From: an uncultured delta proteobacterium
GTDB lineage: Bacteria > Myxococcota_A > Polyangia > Polyangiales > Polyangiaceae
Reading direction: 5' to 3'
Length of the DNA stretch: 64,000 nt
NCBI GenBank assembly: GCA_963782055.1
Contig: CAWAIF010000003.1
Coordinates: forward strand, 5,056,001 to 5,120,000
The translations under genes were made by a program, and so were the position numbers. Numbering within the stretch: the stretch's first letter is position 1; each line of letters starts with the position of its first letter. Positions 18,825 through 29,589 of the stretch are shown piece by piece. Below the pieces are notes generated by a model that made no database searches, had not been told where the DNA came from, and worked only from the letters and a program-made list of their open reading frames with translations.

Positions 18825-19265
18825 ATGGCGGGCGGACAGGTCGCAGAGGAAGACGCCATCGTCGGGATCAACGTGACGCCGCTCGTCGACGTCACCCTGG
18901 TGCTCGCCATCGTGCTGATGGTGACGGCGAAGATGGTCGTGCAGCCGTCGGCGGTGCCCCTCGACCTCCCGCGCGCCGCCACCGGCTCCAGCCAGGTGCA
19001 GACGGTCTTCAGCATCGAGCTCGCGGCGGACGGCACCACCTACGTGGACAAGAAGAAGCAGCCCAACGACGACGCCATCTACAATCTGGCCAGGGCCGCC
19101 CACCTCCGCGACCCCGAGCTGCGCGCCGTCATCAAGGCGGACACCACCGTCCAGCACGGGCGCGTCATCCACGTGCTGGATCTCCTCAAGCAATCCGGCG
19201 TCACCAAGATCGCCTTCGGCGTCGCCCCCACAGCGCCGGTCCACCCGGACGAGCCGAAGAAGTGA
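18825..19265 (+). CDS. ExbD/TolR family protein
   Basis: INVTPLVDV, DLPRA, IKADTTVQHGRVIHVLDLLK. Confidence 0.92.
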   Translation: MAGGQVAEEDAIVGINVTPLVDVTLVLAIVLMVTAKMVVQPSAVPLDLPRAATGSSQVQTVFSIELAADGTTYVDKKKQPNDDAIYNLARAAHLRDPELRAVIKADTTVQHGRVIHVLDLLKQSGVTKIAFGVAPTAPVHPDEPKK

Positions 19266-19271
19266 GGTGAG

Positions 19272-20144
19272 GTGAACGGCACCGCCCACGGCCCGCGCGC
19301 CCGGCACGTCGCCACGATGACGCCGGCGTTCTCGCAGGACCCGATGCATCGCATCGACGCCCTGGGGGAGCACGGCCTGCGCGCGATGGTGGTGGGGATC
19401 CTGGTGGCGCTGGCCGTCCACGGCGTCGCGGCCATCCGCACGGCGTACATCCACGCCGAGCTCATCGCGTGGGTCCAGCAGCTCGCCGGCTCGCTCGACG
19501 GTGACCTGACGCAGACGATCGACATCGTGCCGGAGAAGGTGGACCCCCCTCCCCCGCCGCCGCCGGAGCAGAAGGACGACTCCCCGCCCCCGCCCCCGCC
19601 GCCGACCCCGGAGGCGAAGGACACGCCCCCGCCCCCGCCGGCCCCCGCGGAGGCCGGGAAGATCCTCGCGGCCAACCCCGACAATCAGGCGCCGCTCGAC
19701 CTCACCAACACCTTCGTGCAGGGCACCGGGGACAGCTACGCCGGCGGCGTGACGCAGGCGACCGGCACCAGCAAGGTGGCGGTGCACACGCAGGCGGTGA
19801 GCCCGCGCGGCGTGCCCGGTGGCCGCGGCCCGGTGCGACCGCAGCAGGCCGTCGCGGCCGCCAATCTCTCTCGCCCCATCCAGCTCGCCGGCTCCAGCGA
19901 GTGGCACTGCCCCTTCCCGCCGGAGGCCGACGCCGACCAGATCGACGAGGCCGCGGCCGTCGTGTCGGTCACGGTGGGGCCCAGCGGGCGCCCGCAGCGC
20001 GTCACCATTGTGCAGGATCCCGGGCACGGCTTCGGCCGCGAGGCCCGCGCCTGCGCCCTGCGCGAGTCCTACAGCCCCGCGCTCGACCGCGCCGGCAACG
20101 CCGTCGTCGCGGCCAAGAGCTTCCGCGTGCGCTTCGAGCGCTGA
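19272..20144 (+). CDS. TonB-family energy transducer
   Basis: N-terminal TM, poly-Pro linker, C-terminal TonB_C-like domain (FPPEA...DPGHGFG...PALDRAG). Start uncertain. Confidence 0.85.
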   Translation: MNGTAHGPRARHVATMTPAFSQDPMHRIDALGEHGLRAMVVGILVALAVHGVAAIRTAYIHAELIAWVQQLAGSLDGDLTQTIDIVPEKVDPPPPPPPEQKDDSPPPPPPPTPEAKDTPPPPPAPAEAGKILAANPDNQAPLDLTNTFVQGTGDSYAGGVTQATGTSKVAVHTQAVSPRGVPGGRGPVRPQQAVAAANLSRPIQLAGSSEWHCPFPPEADADQIDEAAAVVSVTVGPSGRPQRVTIVQDPGHGFGREARACALRESYSPALDRAGNAVVAAKSFRVRFER

Positions 20145-20164
20145 ACCCCTTTCCACGGAGAGCC

Positions 20165-21112
<948 letters not shown>

Positions 21113-21117
21113 GCCCT

Positions 21118-21459
21118 TCAGTCGCCGGTCCAGACCATCGGGCCCTCGCACGGGCCCCACTCGCCGGTGTCCAGGCACGTCATGTAGCCCTTGGAGCAGT
21201 CGATGATGTCGCCTGCCCTGCGGTAGATGAGGCCGCAGTAGAGCTGATCGCCCGCGTCGGCGCAGGGGCAGCCCTCCTTGGGCGGGCTGCAGGGCGAGGG
21301 TGGGACGGGCGTGCCGGCGTCGTAGGGCTCGGAGACGCCGGCGTCCTTGTACGACTGCACGAGAGGCGGAGGCGCGGCATCGGAGCACGCGACCACCAGC
21401 GCACCGCTGGCAGCGGCGAGCAGCACCAATCCCATCGCCAGGCGCCCGACTCGCATCAT
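21118..21459 (-). CDS. Small Cys-rich lipoprotein
   Basis: Lipobox VVAC, DAG linker, EGCPC...CSKGYMTC...WGPCEG. Start may be 21456. Confidence 0.7.
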   Translation of the reverse strand: MMRVGRLAMGLVLLAAASGALVVACSDAAPPPLVQSYKDAGVSEPYDAGTPVPPSPCSPPKEGCPCADAGDQLYCGLIYRRAGDIIDCSKGYMTCLDTGEWGPCEGPMVWTGD

Positions 21460-21575
21460 GACGAGAGTAGCGCCGAACCGCCGCGAGCGACAAGGAGCCC
21501 CCGGACCCGGATCTCCGCGGCCGCCGGAGAGCCCGACGCGCAGCGGAGGGCCCGCGTGGGGAGGAGGGCCCGTGC

Positions 21576-21605
21576 CGCCCCTCCCGGGACATCACATCCT
21601 CTCAG
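21576..21605. repeat. Truncated copy of a REP-like element (shared with 33522-33577)
   Basis: CGCCCCTCCCGGGACA + TCACATCCTCTCAG; includes the TGA of the gene ending at 21602. Confidence 0.55.
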
Positions 21606-22369
21606 AACGCGACGCTCAGGCCGGCGCGCAGATCCTTCTCGCCGAGCGCGGAGGTGTCCACGTCCAGCGCCACCCGGCCGCCGAACAGGGCGAGCGCGAG
21701 CCCGGGGCCGATCTCGTACTTGTACGCGTCCGTCCCGAGGACCGACTCGCCCAGGTACGTCCAGAGCACCGGCCCACCGAAGACGCGCGCCGCGAGATAC
21801 GGCGTCAGCACCCCGCCGAGCGTCGTGCCGAGCACCGCGCCGAAGCGAAAGTCGGACGCGAAGTAGCTCGTGGCCTGGGCGTCGCCCGACTTCGACGTGG
21901 TGGCGTACACGGCGGAGAGGGTGAAGGTGGTGAGCAGGAAGGGCGCCGCCCAGCCGCGCCCCTGGAAGACGCGGTCGGAGAGGGAGACCGAGCCGATGAC
22001 GCCGGGGAGGAATGGCGACGTGCCCGTGGGCGTGTACAGGCCGCCGCCGACCAGCGCCCCCGCGCCGACCTGCAATGTCCATCGAGGGCCCAGCCGGTGC
22101 TCCCACGAGGCGACCACCACGTGCCGCTCCGTCTCCGCGCGCAGGTCGCCGGAGAAGAAGAGGATGCTGTGGGTGAAGCCGTAGCTCGCGCCGATGCGAT
22201 CGGCCGCGGCGATGCGCTTGGCGTCGATGGCCGCCGACGCGTCGCACACGCCCGCCGGTCCGCCGGCCGCGCCCACGCCACACGCGCGCGCCGGGCGCGC
22301 GAAGGCGGCCGCGCCCGCCGCGAAGGCGACGCACGCCGCGAGGCGCGCACCCCCGCGGCGCCGGCTCAC
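21602..22369 (-). CDS. Putative outer-membrane beta-barrel protein
   Basis: GTG overlaps the upstream TGA; signal peptide; amphipathic beta-strands; C-terminal LRAGLSVAF ending in Phe. Confidence 0.65.
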   Translation of the reverse strand: MSRRRGGARLAACVAFAAGAAAFARPARACGVGAAGGPAGVCDASAAIDAKRIAAADRIGASYGFTHSILFFSGDLRAETERHVVVASWEHRLGPRWTLQVGAGALVGGGLYTPTGTSPFLPGVIGSVSLSDRVFQGRGWAAPFLLTTFTLSAVYATTSKSGDAQATSYFASDFRFGAVLGTTLGGVLTPYLAARVFGGPVLWTYLGESVLGTDAYKYEIGPGLALALFGGRVALDVDTSALGEKDLRAGLSVAF

Positions 22370-22758
22370 TTGCGGCGGCGGCGAGTGCGCCCGACGAGCA
22401 GGCCCGCCGCGACGAGCCCGAACATCCCGAGGCCCGCCGCAGGATCCGACGGCGCCGCGGAGCAGCCACCCCCCGAGTCGTCCCCCGAGCCGCCGCCGGC
22501 GTCGGGCTCGTCGGTGCCGGTGTCCGCGCGGACGGTGCTCACCCCGCTGTCGTCGGAGGTGCTGGCGTCGTCGCTCGCGTCCGGCGTCGCGGCCGCGTCC
22601 CCCGCGTCCCCCGCGTCCCCGGCGTCGTCGCCCGCGTCCAGCGCGGCGTCGTCGCCCGCGTCGGCCGGGCCGCCGTCCGCGGCGCGCGCGCTCGCCGTCC
22701 ATGCCGTGGCGGCGAGGACCATCGCCAGTACGTGTATTCTACAATCAAGCATCGTCAC
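22366..22758 (-). CDS. Small MYXO-CTERM sorting-domain protein with an acidic low-complexity body
   Basis: Signal peptide ending ARA, GDA/DAG repeats, GGGCSAAP, hydrophobic stretch, RTRRRRK. Confidence 0.8.
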   Translation of the reverse strand: MTMLDCRIHVLAMVLAATAWTASARAADGGPADAGDDAALDAGDDAGDAGDAGDAAATPDASDDASTSDDSGVSTVRADTGTDEPDAGGGSGDDSGGGCSAAPSDPAAGLGMFGLVAAGLLVGRTRRRRK

Positions 22759-22765
22759 CCACTGT

Positions 22766-22780
22766 TAGCACGCCGTGCTA
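22766..22780. promoter_or_regulatory. Perfect 7-1-7 palindrome between divergent genes
   Basis: TAGCACG-C-CGTGCTA. Confidence 0.35.
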
Positions 22781-22795
22781 TGAGCCCCAAGCCGC

Positions 22796-23713
22796 ATGGA
22801 CCGGGCCCCCGAACGACGCGCCACCGCACGGGTGCTCCTCGCGGCGATGCTCTGGTCGACGGGCGGGCTCGGCGTCAAGAGCGTCACCGCGAGCCCGCTC
22901 TCCCTCGCCGGCTGGCGCAGCCTCTTCGCCGTGCCGGTGCTCCTCCTCGCGGCGGTGGTGGAGTCCCGGCGTCGGGGCCTCCGGCTCCTCGCGACGCTCC
23001 GGCGGCCGTACGTGTGGGGGGCGGCGGCGAGCTACGCGGTGATGGTCATCTGCTTCGTCGTCTCGGCCAAGCTGACGACCGCGGCCAACGCCATCCTGCT
23101 GCAGTACACCGGCCCCATCTACGTGGCGCTCTTCTCCTGGCCCCTGCTGCGCGAGCGCGTGCGGCCCGTCGACTGGGTCGCGACGGTGGGCTGCGTGCTC
23201 GGCATGGTGCTCTTCTTCCTCGACAAGGTCTCCGCCGAGGGACGCCTGGGGAACCTGGTCGCCATCCTCTCCGGGCTGGGCTTCGCCGGCGTGCCGCTGC
23301 TCATGCGGATGGAGCAGCGCGTCCAGGGGCCGGGGTGGAAGGGCGAGGCGGCCTCCCCCTTCGTCGCGATGGCGCTGGGCAACCTGATGGCGGTGGTCGT
23401 CTGCGGCCGGTCGATGCTCGGCGGGCCGATGCACGGCGCCGCCGCGTGGGTCATCGTCGTGCTGCTCGGCACGGTGCAGATGGGCGCCGCGTACTGGCTC
23501 TACGGCGCCGCGGTCGGCCGCCTGCCCGCCATCCGCTCCACGCTGCTCGCCACCATCGAGCCCATCCTCAACCCGGTGTGGGTCGTGCTCGTCAACGGCG
23601 AGAGGCCCTCGACCTACGCGATCGCCGGGGGCGCGGTCATCCTCGCGTCGGTGACCGCCTCGGCCCTGGCACGCGCCGAGCGCGCCGCGGGGGCCGAAAG
23701 CGCCGTGCGCTGA
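22796..23713 (+). CDS. EamA/DMT family transporter
   Basis: About 10 TM; LWSTGG, TTAANAILLQYTGP, IEPILNPVWV...GERP. Confidence 0.9.
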   Translation: MDRAPERRATARVLLAAMLWSTGGLGVKSVTASPLSLAGWRSLFAVPVLLLAAVVESRRRGLRLLATLRRPYVWGAAASYAVMVICFVVSAKLTTAANAILLQYTGPIYVALFSWPLLRERVRPVDWVATVGCVLGMVLFFLDKVSAEGRLGNLVAILSGLGFAGVPLLMRMEQRVQGPGWKGEAASPFVAMALGNLMAVVVCGRSMLGGPMHGAAAWVIVVLLGTVQMGAAYWLYGAAVGRLPAIRSTLLATIEPILNPVWVVLVNGERPSTYAIAGGAVILASVTASALARAERAAGAESAVR

Positions 23714-23770
23714 GCGGCATGCCGGTTCGGTTCGTGCGGGGCGCCGGACTCGACTACAATCATCGCCGCC

Positions 23771-25462
23771 ATGATGACCTTCAGCGACGACCCGACCCTC
23801 GCCGAGCAGCAGATGCACGCCATCATCTTTTACCTGACGACGTTCGGGTACATCGATGGTGACTTCGACGCCTCGGAGAAGGCGTTCGTGCGCGACTACA
23901 TCGGCAAGCTCGTCGCGGAGCGCGCGGACACCGCGATGCGCGGCGCCGACACGGCCATGAAGACGGACGTGGTGAAGAAGTTCACCACGCACTTCCACGA
24001 GGTGTTCGAGGGCATCGACCAGAGCGTCAAGGAGCTCTTCACCGAGTCGGTCGCCGACAGCGAGGACCCGACGGCCTTCGTGCACTCCAAGCTCAAGGTG
24101 CGCTGCTTCGAGATCTTCCAGGGCTTCGACCGCGCTGGCCAGGAGCAGCTCATGTCCACGATCGACGAGCTGATCATGGCCGACGGGCAGGTGCACCCGG
24201 CGGAGGCGCAGTTCCGCGCGGAGATCGCGCAGCTCCTCGACGCCGACACCGGCATCGAGCTGGAAGAGGACGAGAGCGACGCCGCCGTGGTGCAGGTGGA
24301 GAGCGCGCGGAGCCTGCCGCAGGTCGTGCAGAACCACCCCTTCTTCACGCCCACCGAGTTCCACTACTCGCGCGACCCGCAGCGCATCGCGCAGCAGATC
24401 TCGGCGGACCGCGCCCTGCTCGACCGGGTGGCGGAGCTCTGGGACGAGCAGCGCGCCAAGGGCAACGGCAAGCTCGCCGGGAAGAAGACGGTGGGCGATT
24501 TCGCCGGGCAGGAGTCCTTCCTGGACGGCCACGTCTACGTGGTGCCCGCGAAGCCGGACCACCAGTACGAGCTCACCGTCCTGGGCGATCTGCACGGCTG
24601 CTACAGCATCCTGAAGGCGACCCTCATGCAGTCGCGCTTCTTCGAGCGGGTGGACGCCTTCCGGCGCGACCCGAAGAACGCCCCGGAGCCGCGCCTCATC
24701 CTGCTCGGTGACTACATCGATCGCGGGCTCTTCTCTCTCAACGGCGTGCTGCGCGTGGTGCTCCAGCTCTTCGCCACCGCGCCGGAGTTCGTCTACGTCC
24801 TGCGCGGCAACCACGAGTACTACGTGGAGTTCAAGGGCAACATCTACGGCGGCGTGAAGCCGGCCGAGGCGATCAACTCGCTCAAGCCGCACCTGCCGGT
24901 GGACGTGTTCCGCCACTACCAGGCCACCTTCGAGAAGATGCCCAACATGCTCTTCTTCGATCGCGTGCTCTTCGTGCACGGCGGCATCCCGCGCGACCGG
25001 CTGCTCAAGGAGCGCTACAAGGACCTCTCCTCCCTCAACGACCCGGACATCCGCTTCCAGATGATGTGGAGCGATCCGAGCACCGCCGACGTCATCCCGG
25101 CGGACCTGCAGGAGAAGTCGGCGCGCTTCGCCTTCGGCAAGCTGCAGTTCAAGGCCTTCATGCAGCGCGTCGGCTGCCACACGATGGTGCGCGGCCACGA
25201 GAAGGTGAACGACGGCTTCCACACCGCCTACGACGACCCGCAGGCGCGCCTCTTCACCCTCTTCTCCGCCGGCGGCGGCGACAACGAGGACCTGCCGGTG
25301 GACTCCAGCTACCGGCAGGTGAAGCCGATGGCGCTGACGGTGAAGCACGGCCCGGACGGGACGACCTTCACGCCGTGGGTGCCCGACTACAAGAGCTACA
25401 ACGACCCCGAGCACAACGCGTTCTTCAAGGTGCCCCCGGAGATCGAGCACAAGAAGGAGTGA
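23771..25462 (+). CDS. TerB-like N-terminal domain + PPP-family Ser/Thr phosphatase
   Basis: IDGDFDASE and ADGQVHPAE (TerB-like); GDLHG, GDYIDRG, RGNHE, HGG, WSDP, RGHE, TLFSA. Confidence 0.88.
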   Translation: MMTFSDDPTLAEQQMHAIIFYLTTFGYIDGDFDASEKAFVRDYIGKLVAERADTAMRGADTAMKTDVVKKFTTHFHEVFEGIDQSVKELFTESVADSEDPTAFVHSKLKVRCFEIFQGFDRAGQEQLMSTIDELIMADGQVHPAEAQFRAEIAQLLDADTGIELEEDESDAAVVQVESARSLPQVVQNHPFFTPTEFHYSRDPQRIAQQISADRALLDRVAELWDEQRAKGNGKLAGKKTVGDFAGQESFLDGHVYVVPAKPDHQYELTVLGDLHGCYSILKATLMQSRFFERVDAFRRDPKNAPEPRLILLGDYIDRGLFSLNGVLRVVLQLFATAPEFVYVLRGNHEYYVEFKGNIYGGVKPAEAINSLKPHLPVDVFRHYQATFEKMPNMLFFDRVLFVHGGIPRDRLLKERYKDLSSLNDPDIRFQMMWSDPSTADVIPADLQEKSARFAFGKLQFKAFMQRVGCHTMVRGHEKVNDGFHTAYDDPQARLFTLFSAGGGDNEDLPVDSSYRQVKPMALTVKHGPDGTTFTPWVPDYKSYNDPEHNAFFKVPPEIEHKKE

Positions 25463-25486
25463 GGCGCGAGGGCGAGGGATCCGCGA

Positions 25487-26194
25487 TCACGCGGTGCGGG
25501 GCCAGGTGATGCTCAGCACGATGCGGTGCGATCCGCGGAGCAGCTCCACGATCACGTGACCCGCGCGCTCCAGGTGCGCGGGGTCGAGGTCGAAGAAGGT
25601 GCCGTCGTCGAGGCGGAAGCCGTTGATGCCGACGACGATGTCGCCCGTCTCCAGGCCGCACGCCCGCAGCGGCGAGCCCGGCGTGAGACCGCGGATCTGG
25701 ATGCCGCTCACCCGCTCGCCGGAGTAGACGGGGACCGTCTCGGCGGGCAGCCCGCGGCCGCGCGACAGATCGTCCACCACGTCGGGGGAGAGCGCGACGC
25801 GAAGGATGGTGAGGTCGACGACCTCGGCGATGGCGTGCGCGCGCTTCAGCAGCACGACTGGGTCGTGGCCCGCGCGGTCATCCAGCAAGGCGAACGCCCC
25901 GGCGAGGTGGATGGCGGCGGGCGCCGGCGTGGCGGCGACGGGCAGCGCGGCGCGCGAAGGCGGCGCCTTCCCCACCGCGCGCTCCAGGACGCGCGGCTCG
26001 ATGTCGACGTGCCTCGCGAGCGAAGCGTGCGCCGTCGCGCCCACCGCTGCGGCCGCGCCCAGCAACGCCACCGCGCCCGCGGCCCGCAGCGACGAGCGCG
26101 CCGAGCCCTCCACGCGCGGCGGCGGACACGTGCCGGCGTCGACGCAGCGGACGGGAGGACCGGGGAAGGGCGGCAGGGGGCGATAGGGGTGCAT
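25487..26194 (-). CDS. Membrane-anchored PDZ-domain protein (GspC-C-terminus-like)
   Basis: One TM; GIQIRGLTPGSPLRACGLETGDIVVGING...VELLRG. Confidence 0.65.
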   Translation of the reverse strand: MHPYRPLPPFPGPPVRCVDAGTCPPPRVEGSARSSLRAAGAVALLGAAAAVGATAHASLARHVDIEPRVLERAVGKAPPSRAALPVAATPAPAAIHLAGAFALLDDRAGHDPVVLLKRAHAIAEVVDLTILRVALSPDVVDDLSRGRGLPAETVPVYSGERVSGIQIRGLTPGSPLRACGLETGDIVVGINGFRLDDGTFFDLDPAHLERAGHVIVELLRGSHRIVLSITWPRTA

Positions 26195-26369
26195 GCGAGC
26201 GACCTTTCAAGGTCGGTGCCAGCTCTCCCATCGTCGCAACTGCGCGATCTCTCGTGCGCGCGTCACACGGCCGGACGAAACGCTGGCAACGGCAGGGCCG
26301 AGCGTCGCCATAATGACAATTCGGTTTCGGGTGTACAGCCCACCGCGGCCGTGCTTGCTTGCGTCGCCC

Positions 26370-27605
26370 ATGGCCGAGGCGGCTGGCGCACCATCCTCCT
26401 CGCGGGCGTTCGCCTCGGCGGACTTCCGCAAGCTGCAGACCGCGCGCTTCACGTCGATCGTGGGCATCCAGGCGCAGGGCGTGGCGATCGCGTGGGAGGT
26501 CTTCTCGCGCACGCACCACGCGATCGATCTCGGCTACGTCGGGCTCGCGCAGTTCGTGCCGATCGCCGGGCTGTCGCTGATCGCCGGCCACGCGGCCGAC
26601 CGCCTCGACCGACGCCGCGTGCTCACGGCCGTGCACGCCGCGAGCGCCGTGCTCTCCCTGGTGCTCTTCGCCTACGTCCGGACCGGGCGCGCCGCGCTCT
26701 GGCCCATCTACGCCGTGCTCTTCTGCCTTGGCGTGGCGCGCGCCTTCGGTCAGCCGGCGGGCGCCGCGCTGCTGCCCGACGTCGTCCCGGCGGCGGCGTT
26801 CGAGAACGCCGTGGCGTGGAGCTCGTCACTCTGGCAAGTGGCCGCGATCGCCGGCCCGGCCCTCGGCGGGGTGCTCTTCACCGCCGTCGGCGGGCGCGCG
26901 GTGTACGTCATGTGCGCGGTCCTCTGCGCCATGGCCGGCGCCAGCGTCGCGCGCATCCGCAGCACGCCGGCGCGCATGTCCGGCCGCGGGGCCTCCGGCG
27001 AGGCGGTGCTCGCCGGCGTTCGCTACGTGTGGGCGCACCCCATCATCCTGGGGTCCATCTCTCTCGATCTGTTCGCGGTGCTCCTGGGGGGTGCGGTGGC
27101 GCTCCTGCCCATGTTCGCGGACCTCCTGCACGTCGGCGCGTGGGGCCTCGGGTTGCTGCGCAGCGCCCCGGGGCTGGGCGCTGCGGTCACCGGCGCGTGG
27201 ATGGCCGCGCGGCCGCTGCGCCGCCGCGCCGGCGCCTGGATGTACGCATGCGTCCTGGGCTTCGGCCTCGCCACCGTCGGCTTCGCGCTCAGCAACCAGT
27301 TCGCCCTCTCCATCATCCTGCTCTTCCTCTCCGGCGTGACGGACATGGTGAGCGTCGTCATCCGCCAGACGCTGCTTCAGGCGCGTACACCACCGGAGAT
27401 GCGCGGGCGCGTCTCGGCGGTGAACCTGGTGTTCGTGGGGGCGTCGAACGAGCTGGGCGAGTTCGAGTCGGGGGTGACCGGTCAATGGCTGGGACCGCGG
27501 CTCGCCGTGCTGGTCGGCGGGGTGGGCACGTGCCTGGTGGTCGGGGTCTGGGCGTTCCTCTTCCCCGAGCTGCGCAAGGTGGACAGGCTGATGGACGACG
27601 GGTGA
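26370..27605 (+). CDS. MFS transporter (EntS/MFS_3-like)
   Basis: GHAADRLDRRR motif A, LDLFAVLLGGAVALLP, MRGRVSAVN..FVGASNELGEFESG. Confidence 0.92.
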   Translation: MAEAAGAPSSSRAFASADFRKLQTARFTSIVGIQAQGVAIAWEVFSRTHHAIDLGYVGLAQFVPIAGLSLIAGHAADRLDRRRVLTAVHAASAVLSLVLFAYVRTGRAALWPIYAVLFCLGVARAFGQPAGAALLPDVVPAAAFENAVAWSSSLWQVAAIAGPALGGVLFTAVGGRAVYVMCAVLCAMAGASVARIRSTPARMSGRGASGEAVLAGVRYVWAHPIILGSISLDLFAVLLGGAVALLPMFADLLHVGAWGLGLLRSAPGLGAAVTGAWMAARPLRRRAGAWMYACVLGFGLATVGFALSNQFALSIILLFLSGVTDMVSVVIRQTLLQARTPPEMRGRVSAVNLVFVGASNELGEFESGVTGQWLGPRLAVLVGGVGTCLVVGVWAFLFPELRKVDRLMDDG

Positions 27606-27691
27606 GGTCGGACCGCCAGGCTACTTGCAGGGGCAGATCGACCGCCTCGAGCTGCCGCCGCGCGCCGTACCAGCGGAGACCTGGGGGACGG

Positions 27692-29536
27692 TCAGGGCTT
27701 GTGGCCGGCCGCGGCGGCGGCGTCCGGCGCGCGCCATACGAGGACCGCGTTGAGCAGCAGGATCAGGTCGGTGACGGTGCTCGCCACGAAGCACATGTCG
27801 CGGTCGACGACGGCGACGAAGAACCCCGCGAGCATGGCGATCGCTGCGGGCCACACCCCTCGAACGAGGGTGACCGAGATCATCCCGAGGATCGCGAACC
27901 ACAGGAACATGAGGGAGGCCCGCGTGTCGGCGACGGAGAGCCCCGCGACGTCGGCCCCGACGTGCGCGGCGACCTCCGCGACCATGGCGAACATGACGCT
28001 CGCCGCGAGCTGCCGGTTGAGCCGCGAGCTCCTCAGGTACGTCCAGTACGCGCGGAAGAGCACGCCACACACCAGCGCGTGGAGGACGCCCTGAAGCACG
28101 AAGTACCCATGGGTCTCGTGCGGCGTCCCGATGATGAAGATCTGGTCGAACACGCCGCTGGCGGCGAAGACGGCGAGGATGATCGCGGCGATCTGCATGC
28201 GGATGCGCCGTCCCGTGCCGGGGTCGAGCTCCGTCCCGAGCTGCCGGAGCGCCGCGACCTTCCGCTCGTCGGCGCGCACGAGCGACAGCGCCTCCACCAC
28301 GCGCTTCGCCAGCGCCTCGTCGGGCGCGGGGAGGTCGGCGAGGTGCATCTCGGCGGTGCGCGCGAGCCCGCGCGCGAGATCGTGCTCGATCATCGCGCGG
28401 GCGGCCCGCCCCAGCCCGGCCCGCGCGGCGGCGTTCTCCGGCCAGGCTTCGAGCGCGGCGCGGAACGCGAAGACGCACTCCCCGTAGAGCGCAGGCGCCT
28501 CGCTCCGCGCCGGGTCGTTCGGCGCGACCAGCGAGTCACGGCTCGTCAGCGCGTGCTCGAGATCGCGAACCTTCGCCTCCGCGTGCCCGGCGAGCGCCGC
28601 GGAGTCGCGATGGCGCAAGAAGGCGACGAGCGCGCGCCGGACCGCCTCCGCCGTCTGCGGTCGCTCCTCCGGCTCGCGGCTCATGCACGCGCGCGCCAGC
28701 GCCGCGAGCTCCTCCGGCGCGACGACCGGCATGGGCGGCGGACCCCGGAGCGCGCTCTCGATGACGCGTCGCACCTCGGCGTGCTGGTGCGGCGGCTTGC
28801 CGCTCAGGATCTCGTACAGGATGGCGCCGAGGAGGTACACGTCGGTGCGCGCGTCGAGCGTCCCTCCGAGCAGCATCTCCGGCGCCATGTAGGCGGGCGT
28901 CCCGACGATGCCGTCCTTCGCGTCGAACGTCTCGCCCGCCTGCGTCGCGATCCCCCAGTCGACGACGTAGACCTCGCCGAAGTTCCCCACCATCACGTTG
29001 TCCGGCTTGAGGTCGCGATGCACCACCCCGCGGCTGTGTGCGAAGTGCACCGCCTGGCAGACCTGCGCGAGCGTCTCGAGGTTCCACTCGAGCAGGTCGC
29101 TGGCGCCGAAGAGCCGCTCGACGCCCTCCTCGTCGTTCATCCGGTCCAGCCACGTCGTGCCCTCGATGCGCTTGAGCACGAGCTGCGGCAGCCCCTCGGC
29201 GTTCGTGACGAGGTCGTGGACGGGCACGATGTTCGGGTGCTCGAGCGCCCCCGTGAGCATCCCCTCCCGGACGAGTCGCTCGACGGCGTCGGCGTCGTGG
29301 CGGCGCACCGTCTTGACCGCGACCTTGCGGCCGAGCGAGCGCTGGGTCGCCAGGGCGACGATGCCCATCCCGCCCTCGCCGAGCGTGCCCTCGAGCTCGA
29401 GCCCGCTCTCGGCGCTGCGCGGGATGATCGACGCGGTGGTCTTCGGACGGAGCGTGGCCCGCATCGACGCCGTCGTTCCGACGCCCAACGTCACGAGGCT
29501 CGCCTCGATGGTGTCGAGCAGATCGCTGGAGGTCAC
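27692..29536 (-). CDS. Ser/Thr protein kinase with C-terminal multi-TM region
   Basis: LGEGGMG, VAVK, HRDLKPDN, DWG, GTPAYMAPE, DVYLLG; hydrophobic C-terminus. Confidence 0.92.
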   Translation of the reverse strand: MTSSDLLDTIEASLVTLGVGTTASMRATLRPKTTASIIPRSAESGLELEGTLGEGGMGIVALATQRSLGRKVAVKTVRRHDADAVERLVREGMLTGALEHPNIVPVHDLVTNAEGLPQLVLKRIEGTTWLDRMNDEEGVERLFGASDLLEWNLETLAQVCQAVHFAHSRGVVHRDLKPDNVMVGNFGEVYVVDWGIATQAGETFDAKDGIVGTPAYMAPEMLLGGTLDARTDVYLLGAILYEILSGKPPHQHAEVRRVIESALRGPPPMPVVAPEELAALARACMSREPEERPQTAEAVRRALVAFLRHRDSAALAGHAEAKVRDLEHALTSRDSLVAPNDPARSEAPALYGECVFAFRAALEAWPENAAARAGLGRAARAMIEHDLARGLARTAEMHLADLPAPDEALAKRVVEALSLVRADERKVAALRQLGTELDPGTGRRIRMQIAAIILAVFAASGVFDQIFIIGTPHETHGYFVLQGVLHALVCGVLFRAYWTYLRSSRLNRQLAASVMFAMVAEVAAHVGADVAGLSVADTRASLMFLWFAILGMISVTLVRGVWPAAIAMLAGFFVAVVDRDMCFVASTVTDLILLLNAVLVWRAPDAAAAAGHKP

Positions 29537-29589
29537 GCGCGATCACCTCACCACATGCGGGCGGGCGCGACAAGCCGTCCCGCCGCGCC

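Noticed and set aside
18033..20144. Naming these genes aglR/aglS or tolQ/tolR/tolA
   Set aside because: Paralog identity cannot be resolved by eye, and there is no tolB/pal or glt context.
22590..22665. Short tandem repeats (CCCGCGTCC units) considered as a CRISPR or VNTR
   Set aside because: They encode the GDA/DAG linker; there is no repeat-spacer structure and no cas genes.
22765..22781. CIRCE element
   Set aside because: Arms are truncated, the 9-bp spacer is absent, and no chaperone gene is adjacent.
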